NCBI GenBank assembly: GCA_965217775.1
Contig: CBDCJH010000002.1
Span: 5,376,001 to 5,440,000 of the forward strand
Direction of reading: 5' to 3'
From: Acidobacteriota bacterium
Lineage (GTDB): Bacteria > Acidobacteriota > UBA6911 > RPQK01 > JAJDTT01
Length of the DNA stretch: 64,000 nucleotides
Shown: positions 47,463-55,303 of the stretch, piece after piece
How positions within the stretch are numbered: the stretch's first letter is position 1
Layout of the letters: each line of letters starts with the position of its first letter
Program-made: the position numbers and the translations under genes
The notes under the pieces: model-generated
What the model saw: the letters and a program-made list of their open reading frames with translations, nothing else
Database searches by the model: none
What the model was told of the DNA's origin: nothing

Positions 47463-50276
47463 ATGAACAAGACGCTGACGGCAGTGGTGATCCTGGCGGC
47501 TCTGGCCGGACCGGCTTGGGGCCGAGACGACTACGAGAGTTGGATCACCCACACCAGTTTCGAGGACTTCGCCTCGGGCCGGATCGCCGACGGCGGGACC
47601 AATCTCTACATCGCCCGTTCGGGACAATTGGAGATGACCTACCGTTGGGACCTGAACAACGACGGCTACCTGGATCTCTTGGTGATCCAGGACCACAACC
47701 CCTTGGAAAACACCGACGTCCTGGTCTATTGGGGCAAGAAGGGGGGACCGGAATCGATACTGCCCCCGTTGCCCGATCATCAGCCGCTGGCCCGGCTGTT
47801 GAGGCAGATCCGGATTCGCGACCAGGGGGTCACCCGTTTGCCCAGTGACGGAGGCGGCCGTTCCCTGGTGGCGGACCTGAATCACGACGGCTATCCGGAG
47901 CTGGTCTTCTGCAACTTCATTCACAACTATTCGGTTCACATGATGGCTCTCGTCTATTGGGGCAGCCCGAACGGCTACCAACGGGGCCATCGCACCGAGC
48001 TTCCCACGCTTCTGGCCGGGGGATTGGCGGCGGCGGACTTCAACGGCGACGGCTGGGTCGATCTCGCCTTCTCCAACCGGGGCATCGAAGGAGGTGAGCG
48101 TTTCGGGTTCGACCTCCACTTGGAGTCCTACGTCTACTGGAACGGTCCCCGGGGTTTTCGGGAGGAGGATCGCACGGTGTTGGCGACCACCAGTGCGGCC
48201 GACGTGGCGGCGGCGGACGTGAACCGGGACGGCTTCGGCGATCTCCTCTTCGCCAACAACAATTCGGAACACCAGAGCCTTGTCCTGTACCGGGGCGGGC
48301 CGGAAGGCTTCCGGACACCCGGCGAAACGTGGAAGCAAGGAGACGCCGTCGGAGTGACTCTGGCAGAAGTTTCCGGGGACCGGAATCCGGACCTGATCCT
48401 GGCTCACAAGGACGACCGGGTGACGATTCACAAAGGAACCGGAAAGGGAATCTCCCGCGAGACCTGGGTCGAGATCCCGTCGCTGGGTGCGAAGGACAGC
48501 CGAGTCGGAGACCTGAACCGGGACGGGCGCCCCGACCTGATTCTGCCCAACGGCGGAGGTGAGGTGTCCTATATTTACTGGGGAGGCGAAGATGGTTACT
48601 TTCCCGGCAGACGCCAGGAACTTCCCACGCTGGCCGCCACCGACGCCGTACTGGCCGATTACAACGGGGACGGTTGGGTCGACCTCGCCTTTTCCAACAA
48701 CCATGACGGGGCGACCCGCGATGTAGTCTCCTACCTCTACTGGAACGGTCCCGATGGATTCCACGCCGCCTACCGCCGGGAGCTCCAGGGCTTCGGAGCC
48801 GTGAGCCTGGCCGCCGGCGACATGGACCAGGACGGACACCAGGACCTGGCCGTTATCAACCAGAACAGCGGGTCCCACGGAGCCATCGACTCGGTGGTCT
48901 ACTGGGGCAACCCCCGACACCACTACTCTCCCGCCTCCGCAAGCGTCATTCCCGCCAAGGGGGGGTTGGCGACGACGGCCGACCTGGACCAGGACGGCTG
49001 GGTGGATCTCATCTTTCCCGACGGCTCGATCTTCGGCGGCGGCTCCAGTGGCTTCCGGTTGCAGACGAAGCTGGAGATGGAGACGGCCAACGGAGTCACC
49101 GTCGGTGATCTGAACCGCGACGGCTACCTGGACCTGACCTATATCGTCGGTGGGGCGCATCGAGACCTGACTCCGACGGCTCGAATCCTCTGGGGCAGCG
49201 AGAAGGGCCACGATCCGTCGCGCCGGACCGAACTGAAGTTGGGAATCCGCATCGGGCAGGCGGGCCGGACCGCCGATTTCAACCAGGATGGAGCCCTGGA
49301 CCTCATCTTCACCGACGTGGACTCGGAACACGTCGATCTCTTCTGGGGGAGCCTCGAGTCCGGGTTCATCCAGGAGAATCATACGGTCTTGAAGATACAA
49401 CCCACGTCCAATCCCGAGATCGCCGATCTGAACGGCGACGGCTGGCTGGATCTGATCTTCGGAGGGGGTTGGGACCCCAAGCGGTTCGGACGCCCCACCC
49501 GGAAAGCCATTCTGGTTTGGGGGGCCCAGGACGGATTTCGCTCGGACCGCACCACCGAGATCGAGGCCTTCGACTCTCTGGAGCAGGCGGTCGCGGACCT
49601 GGACCGGGACGGACATCTGGACATCGTCATGACCAACTACCACGCCTACCACACCCGGACCCTGCCCGCCTTCATCTACTGGGGTGCGGAGGGGGGCTCC
49701 TACAGCGAGTCTCGCCGGACCAGCCTGCCGGCGGAATCCTCCAGCGCCTTGACCGTCGCCGACATGAATCAGGACTCGTGGCTGGATCTGGTGGTCTTCA
49801 ACCACCTGGAGAGAGGGGACCATTCGGTCGGCAGCAACATCTATTGGGGAGGAGCGGACGGTTACTCCTACACCCGGCGGCATTGGTTCCAGACCTTCGG
49901 GCCGCACTTCGGGCGGCTCCGGGACGTGGGGAGCATCTACGACCGGAAGCTGCGGGAGGAGTATGTCTCCGCGATCCTGGAAGTGCCCCCCGGCAAGAGC
50001 GCCGAGCGGCTCCGGTGGAAGGCTCTGACCCCCCATGGGACCGGCGTCCGGTTCCAGATTCGGAGCGCATCGTCCAGCGCGGCTCTGGAATCGAGTCCGT
50101 GGAGGGGACCGGAGGGACCGGGCAGCTTCTTCCGGGAATCGGGAACGGCTTTGCGGCTGCCCCCGGGAGAGGGATGGCTCCAGTATCGCGTGTTTTTGAC
50201 GACTCCCGACGGCGGCAGCACCCCGGTTCTTCAGGAGGTCGCCATCGACGCCAGGCGCCGGAGCGGGGTGGAATGA
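47463..50276 (+). CDS. Secreted FG-GAP/VCBS repeat protein
   Basis: Signal peptide; more than ten D[LFV]N.DG..DL repeats with (Y/L)WG spacers. Confidence 0.9.
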   Translation: MNKTLTAVVILAALAGPAWGRDDYESWITHTSFEDFASGRIADGGTNLYIARSGQLEMTYRWDLNNDGYLDLLVIQDHNPLENTDVLVYWGKKGGPESILPPLPDHQPLARLLRQIRIRDQGVTRLPSDGGGRSLVADLNHDGYPELVFCNFIHNYSVHMMALVYWGSPNGYQRGHRTELPTLLAGGLAAADFNGDGWVDLAFSNRGIEGGERFGFDLHLESYVYWNGPRGFREEDRTVLATTSAADVAAADVNRDGFGDLLFANNNSEHQSLVLYRGGPEGFRTPGETWKQGDAVGVTLAEVSGDRNPDLILAHKDDRVTIHKGTGKGISRETWVEIPSLGAKDSRVGDLNRDGRPDLILPNGGGEVSYIYWGGEDGYFPGRRQELPTLAATDAVLADYNGDGWVDLAFSNNHDGATRDVVSYLYWNGPDGFHAAYRRELQGFGAVSLAAGDMDQDGHQDLAVINQNSGSHGAIDSVVYWGNPRHHYSPASASVIPAKGGLATTADLDQDGWVDLIFPDGSIFGGGSSGFRLQTKLEMETANGVTVGDLNRDGYLDLTYIVGGAHRDLTPTARILWGSEKGHDPSRRTELKLGIRIGQAGRTADFNQDGALDLIFTDVDSEHVDLFWGSLESGFIQENHTVLKIQPTSNPEIADLNGDGWLDLIFGGGWDPKRFGRPTRKAILVWGAQDGFRSDRTTEIEAFDSLEQAVADLDRDGHLDIVMTNYHAYHTRTLPAFIYWGAEGGSYSESRRTSLPAESSSALTVADMNQDSWLDLVVFNHLERGDHSVGSNIYWGGADGYSYTRRHWFQTFGPHFGRLRDVGSIYDRKLREEYVSAILEVPPGKSAERLRWKALTPHGTGVRFQIRSASSSAALESSPWRGPEGPGSFFRESGTALRLPPGEGWLQYRVFLTTPDGGSTPVLQEVAIDARRRSGVE

Positions 50277-50301
50277 GGTTCCCGAAAACCGGCCGGCCGG
50301 T

Positions 50302-52203
50302 TCAATGCCAGGGAAATCCCAGAGTCGGAGGATTGGCGTAACGGCGCATGCCGATGGTCAGCTCCGCCCCTGCTCCCGGCGCCAGGCTGACGTGAAAGTA
50401 TCGGCCCTTCACCGGCCATTCCTGGTCGCCGATCCGGACTGCCAGGCACTCGTGCTCCCCGTAGGACCCGGTCTGCAGGATCAACTCCCGTCCCTGGACC
50501 GGGTTCAGATTGACCAACACCAGCCGAACGCTGTCCGGCTTCAGTTCCGTCACCAGGGACCCGACGTCGGGAGGAATTCCGGCCCGCCTTCGCTCCGGAT
50601 CGAAGTAGCGGACCCGGGTGTGGGGGATGTAGATCTTGCCGTACACGTGGCCCCCCAGCATGAGCCGTATCAATTCGAAGGAGGTCGCCGGATTCAGCCC
50701 CAGGGGCCAGTCGGCCAGCCGGGTGTCGGGCGTGGTCGGATCGTTGCGTATGCCCTGGATTTTCTCCCGGATGAACGACAACTCCCGGCGCAGCGCTTGC
50801 TCGGGATAGTCCGGGTCCTTGCCCTCCAGGAACGCGATCCAGCCGCTGACGGGAATGTGCTCCAGGTCTTTGCGGTCCATGGACCAGAGGTAGACGTCGG
50901 TGAGCTCGTTCACGTAACGGTGGGAGCTCCAGTTGTACCAACCGGGCTCGCTGGTTTCCCGTTCCTCCCAGTAGAGCTTGCCGTCGATGGTCTTGAAGAT
51001 GGGCGGCTGGGTCTTGGGTCCCTTGACCCCGTAGTTGTTGGGAACCTGAAGCTGGCCGTCCACCATCTTCTTCTGGCTGTAGAGGTTGGCCATCTGACGG
51101 CGCAGGACGTCCACGTACTTCTGGTCCCCCGTGATCATCAGGGCGTTTCCGAATCCCGGCCACATCCCCTTGGTGACAATGTTCCGATGCGCCACCACCT
51201 TGTGCTCGGGCGACCAGGGTGAGAAGTCCCAGCCATAGGTCCCGCCGAACCATTGGCCCCCGGTCTCTCCTCCGATGCTGCCGTCCAGACCGATGTTGGA
51301 GGGGATGTTTCCACCGTTTTTCTCCGTCCGCTCCTTCCAGGCGTCCACGTATTCCACCAGCCATTTCTTGTACTTGTCTTCGTGACCGATGGCGTAGGCG
51401 TTCAGGGCCAACTGGGTCGCGATCAGATTCAAGGGGTGGTCACCGGCGCTGTGCAGGTACTCGGCACAGTGGGCCAACATCTCGGGGTAGGTCTCCTCGG
51501 CGTCCAGCATCTGCTCGCGCCCGCCCGCACTGTGCAGGATGTGGTATCGCCCCTTGAAGGGATCGCCGACCCAGTCGTAGCGGGTCGCCCGCCGCAGCAT
51601 GGGGCCCCGGCTGCCGTTCCAGATGCTGCGGATGACTTTGTGTTCGGGATCGTAGTTGGGCGCATCCGGATCCTCGCCCATGTACATGCCGGCGAAGCGG
51701 CGCATCCGCGCCTGGAAGGTGCGGTCGTCGGGATCCGAGAGTCCCTGGTTCATGAAGCCTTGTATGCCCTCGCCGCTGTGGTGCCAGTCGGACATGGGCA
51801 TGAATTCCCTGTAGTAGGCCCCCTCGGCGGCGATGGTGGTCTTGACGGTCTTCAACTCCTTGTATTGGAGCAGGTGGCCCTCCAGACCCTGCTTGTACCG
51901 TTCCAGCACCAGGTCGGAAGCCCCCAGCATGTGCAGCAGCGTCCAATTGGCATAGCACTCGATGGCGTCGTCGGTGCCGTCCAGGGTCCCCCAGCGCGGC
52001 GTGTGCAGGAGGTAACCGCGATTGTCGTGGTAGGTGTTGTAGAACTCCTCGACGGCCGTGGCATTGGCGTCCAGAAGTTGCCGTTCCAACAGCGCCCAGG
52101 CGGGCGGGGGCATGGGAGTCGAGATCTCGATTCGGGTCCCGGCCTGGGCCTGACCGTACCAGGAGATCCAAAGCAGACAACTGAGAAAACGAACCTTCTT
52201 CAT
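50302..52203 (-). CDS. Secreted conserved hypothetical protein
   Basis: SD GGAGGA, signal-peptide-like MKKVRFL...AQA, PPAWALLERQL and DGTDDAIE motifs; typical codon usage. Confidence 0.75.
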   Translation of the reverse strand: MKKVRFLSCLLWISWYGQAQAGTRIEISTPMPPPAWALLERQLLDANATAVEEFYNTYHDNRGYLLHTPRWGTLDGTDDAIECYANWTLLHMLGASDLVLERYKQGLEGHLLQYKELKTVKTTIAAEGAYYREFMPMSDWHHSGEGIQGFMNQGLSDPDDRTFQARMRRFAGMYMGEDPDAPNYDPEHKVIRSIWNGSRGPMLRRATRYDWVGDPFKGRYHILHSAGGREQMLDAEETYPEMLAHCAEYLHSAGDHPLNLIATQLALNAYAIGHEDKYKKWLVEYVDAWKERTEKNGGNIPSNIGLDGSIGGETGGQWFGGTYGWDFSPWSPEHKVVAHRNIVTKGMWPGFGNALMITGDQKYVDVLRRQMANLYSQKKMVDGQLQVPNNYGVKGPKTQPPIFKTIDGKLYWEERETSEPGWYNWSSHRYVNELTDVYLWSMDRKDLEHIPVSGWIAFLEGKDPDYPEQALRRELSFIREKIQGIRNDPTTPDTRLADWPLGLNPATSFELIRLMLGGHVYGKIYIPHTRVRYFDPERRRAGIPPDVGSLVTELKPDSVRLVLVNLNPVQGRELILQTGSYGEHECLAVRIGDQEWPVKGRYFHVSLAPGAGAELTIGMRRYANPPTLGFPWH

Positions 52204-52350
52204 GGTGGGGTCCTCCACGCAGGCTTCATTATGATGCCGCGATTGCCGCCGAGATTAAGTCATGGTGAGGTTGGGGGCAACTCTTGTCGGGGGAGAAGCC
52301 CCCCCAATTCAGGCGAAAGTGTCCCCAACAGATAAAAGACGGAGAGTTAA

Positions 52351-52401
52351 AAGATCTGACAAGTGGAATCGTTCGAATTCTCAAAAAATAGGGGAAGTTC
52401 T
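52351..52401 (+). repeat. Diverged direct repeat, left of islet 1
   Basis: 41/51 ungapped identity to 55099-55149 by hand alignment. Confidence 0.7.
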
Positions 52402-52481
52402 CTCCTCCCTTGGCATCTCCGTTTTTCTTTATTATAATTATTAAAAATTTATAATCCATTTATTCGATATAGGAGGATGAA

Positions 52482-53432
52482 ATGAAGACGCTCCGTGTGG
52501 ACGACTCAACTTACAAGAGATTGGGAAATCATGCTCAACCATTCGAAACGGAAGATGAGGTCATCAACCGCGCTCTGGATGCGCTCGATCAACAGGCGGT
52601 CAGTCCTGCCTCGAGTACCGTCTCTGGGACGGATTCGGAAAGGCGGATCGATCCGCTGCGCCTTCCTGACATGATGTTCACCAAGGTGTTAGACGCGACA
52701 ATTCAGGGGAAGAGGGTCACACGGCCAAACTGGAACCGACTGCTGCTGAAGATGGTCAGGTTGGCCCATGCGCACACGAGGAATTTCGAAGAACTCACCC
52801 GCCTATTCCCAACGATCAATCTGGTTCGCGGGCAGAAGGTCGACCAGGGCTACCGCTACCTGTCCGACATCGGCGTATCAGTGCAGGGGCAGCCTGCCAA
52901 CTCAGCCTGTACATCGGTAGTGATGACTGCACAACAACTCGGTATTGCTCTGGACATCGGGTATATGTGGCGGGATAAGGAAGATGCTGCACACCCTGGA
53001 GACCGCGCCCGCATCCAGACGACCGGCTCCACATCTCAGGACAGTCGCCTAGAGGACAGAACGGAAGAGCTGCAGGAGCCGAGGAAGGAGATTTTGTTCC
53101 TGCAGGGACCACGCGACAGCGGTATAACTGCACGCGGTTACAGAGATGGGAGAAATTTCATCGTACTGTCTGGTTCAATAGTGGCCAAGAAAGAGGCTCG
53201 TTCTATTCGGAATACCACTTCTAATTATCGGAAAGAGCTGCTGAAACAGGGACTTTTTGAAGATGATGGCCCCAGATACCGACTCGTCCAAAACCATCGC
53301 TTCAACTCACCCTCCGCAGCATCTAGCACCCTATTGGGAAGAGAAAGCAATGGTCGTACCGAATGGAAGGATACGACCGGGAGACCCTTGAAGGAAATCC
53401 AGGAGGACATTTGGAGGTCGGCAGCGAGGTAA
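52482..53432 (+). CDS. Fusion of SepA-like N-terminal domain and C-terminal DUF4357
   Basis: TKVL.A.I...NWN..L and VQGQ.AN motifs; C-terminal FIVLSGS...F.SPSAA...LGRESNGRTEWK; AT-rich promoter region and AGGAGG. Confidence 0.75.
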   Translation: MKTLRVDDSTYKRLGNHAQPFETEDEVINRALDALDQQAVSPASSTVSGTDSERRIDPLRLPDMMFTKVLDATIQGKRVTRPNWNRLLLKMVRLAHAHTRNFEELTRLFPTINLVRGQKVDQGYRYLSDIGVSVQGQPANSACTSVVMTAQQLGIALDIGYMWRDKEDAAHPGDRARIQTTGSTSQDSRLEDRTEELQEPRKEILFLQGPRDSGITARGYRDGRNFIVLSGSIVAKKEARSIRNTTSNYRKELLKQGLFEDDGPRYRLVQNHRFNSPSAASSTLLGRESNGRTEWKDTTGRPLKEIQEDIWRSAAR

Positions 53433-53448
53433 GAGAACTCGGATTACC

Positions 53449-53687
53449 GTGGATACACTCTCCATCGCCAGTCAACTGGTTGCGGCTGGATTTGATCAAC
53501 AGCAAGTGGAGGCCCTGGAAGATGTCTTCCGGGAGGCCAACCGAATTTTGTCACTAGGGAAGACCTCGAGCGTGCGGTCGCGCCGCTACCCACCCGCGCC
53601 AGCCTCTACCGTGTTCTCTGGCTCCAGACTGGAGGTGTCGTGGCCGCCGTTGCAGGACTCCTTGCCATCGTGTCTCGATTCCCATAG
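53449..53687 (+). pseudogene. Frameshifted DUF1640/CCDC90-like small coiled-coil membrane protein
   Basis: MDTL....LVAAGFDQQQVEAL continues in the -1 frame near 53547 as FVTREDLE...LWLQTGGVVAAVAGLLAIVSRFP*. Confidence 0.65.
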
Positions 53688-53830
53688 CGCTCCAGTTTAT
53701 CGAGGTTTAGTTTCGAAACCGAAAATACCATGATCTTTGAGCGGACCTGTGCGGGATGCCGAAACTTGCATGGCCTGCTCGATCAAGAAGGGAGAGCGTA
53801 ATCTTGAAACCTCAACATGGTGACCCGAGA

Positions 53831-54721
53831 ATGCTGACATTCTCCCAAGCGCAGGGCTACGAGGAGATACCGCAGCGGCTGAGGTTGGAGGAATTGTCCA
53901 AATTGGCCAGGACCAAAATCTGGGATGTCCTTTTCGCTAGTCTCTCATCAGACGCCGTGGATCAAATAAGCGACGAGGGAGAGTTTTGGGAACTCGACGT
54001 GGTCGAGCGAATGTATGTGGGACTTCAACAATGGGATCAAATCCTTCGTGACAAACATCTGGCCTTGGACAACCTGCCACTAGATGAGTGGAGTGAGCCA
54101 TTGTTGTTTTCCCACGCCCGGGACGAACTTCGACAACTCGTAATGGCAGGACCGTTCCACAAGATTTTCGACCTTATCCAGTTTGTCCTGCGCCACCCTA
54201 ATTGTCCGGGAGACTTGGTCAATGACCTGAAAAAGGCCTTCGAGAAGGGAATGCTGGCCTACGTAATCGACGACAACGGGCCTCCGACCATATTCCCGGC
54301 GTGTACGGTAGAAGAGGGACAGTCCCTGACCGAGTGTCTGCACACGTTGCAGCAAGCGGGCCTCAGCACCGCTGAGGATCTCTTTCGCGAAGCATCAAGG
54401 GCCATCAGTCGGAACAATTGGACTGGCAGCATCAACAGCAGCATCAGTGCCGTCGAGTCCGTCGCACGAAGACTCTATCCTCAAGCCAACACGCTCGGGG
54501 ATGCATTGAAGGAGCTCAGGAAGAACAACTCGTTGTGGCCGCCGCAGCTCGTGCAAGCGATACAGAAGATCTGGAACTATACGAATCAGAAAAACGCTGG
54601 CATTCGCCATGGATCTCCGGAGTTAAGTGGTAACAACGTTGGACAGGATGAGGCTCTGTTCATGCTGGGTGCCTGTGCGTCAGTTGCAAGCTATCTGTGG
54701 CGAAAGCACTCGGGGGCGTAA
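53831..54721 (+). CDS. AbiJ-NTD4-like protein with HEPN-like C-terminus (putative defence effector)
   Basis: TFSQ.QGY, L....RTKIW, IFDLIQF, SISAVESV, TLGDAL and YT....GIRHG motifs; lower GC. Confidence 0.7.
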   Translation: MLTFSQAQGYEEIPQRLRLEELSKLARTKIWDVLFASLSSDAVDQISDEGEFWELDVVERMYVGLQQWDQILRDKHLALDNLPLDEWSEPLLFSHARDELRQLVMAGPFHKIFDLIQFVLRHPNCPGDLVNDLKKAFEKGMLAYVIDDNGPPTIFPACTVEEGQSLTECLHTLQQAGLSTAEDLFREASRAISRNNWTGSINSSISAVESVARRLYPQANTLGDALKELRKNNSLWPPQLVQAIQKIWNYTNQKNAGIRHGSPELSGNNVGQDEALFMLGACASVASYLWRKHSGA

Positions 54722-55098
54722 TCTGCTACCTTCCAAAACCCTGTTTTGTCCAAGGCTTCGTCCGTCTGCACCCCCGGTGGAAATCCTCAGCCGGGTCCAG
54801 CGAGCTTTCCCATCCAGACGACCTCCCCACATGTTCAGCCGTCTGCAGAATTGCGATTTTCCGTATTTCACGAATAGGTCATTCAACTCGGTAATGAGCA
54901 AGTTCTGAGTCGTCGTCTACCCTGCAAGAAGACGCGGCTCCCGCCACTTCGCTACGCGGAGGTGCTGGCCGGGTCCGGTTGAGTGGTGCCTCCTGGATAT
55001 CAACGGCGCGATTCTCCATCGCTTCAGCCCTCCTTCGTACAGGAGCGCCCCCCGAATCTGATGAAATTTCCGCAAGGTGTGGCAAAAATGAGCGATAG

Positions 55099-55149
55099 AA
55101 GATCAGACAAGTGGACTCGGTAGAGTTCTCCAAAAAATGGGGATTTTCT
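55099..55149 (+). repeat. Diverged direct repeat, right of islet 1
   Basis: AAGATCAGACAAGTGGACTCGGTAGAGTTCTCCAAAAAATGGGGATTTTCT versus 52351-52401. Confidence 0.7.
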
Positions 55150-55303
55150 GCGGGTGAATGCCGTGACGGCATTTGACTTGGACTGTTAGACTCCCCCTTC
55201 AACAGATCGATGCCAACCGGCGGTTCCGGGCGAAACGCCCATCGCCGCTTGGCGCTGGCCGGGTTCGCGAGGTGGGTATTGTCACCGTCGTTTGGGAGGC
55301 GCC

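Noticed and set aside
47364-50036. Long antisense or alternate-frame ORFs (e.g. 890 aa here, 718 aa at 22803, 808 aa at 26425, 640 aa at 25845)
   Set aside because: Shadows of real genes expected from high GC3; no recognisable motifs.
52482-54900. Integron cassette array
   Set aside because: No attC-like RYYYAAC...GTTRRRY structures and no integrase.
54680-55202. Small ORFs right of the AbiJ-like gene
   Set aside because: No motifs; they overlap the diverged repeat, and the equivalent frame in the other repeat copy contains a stop.
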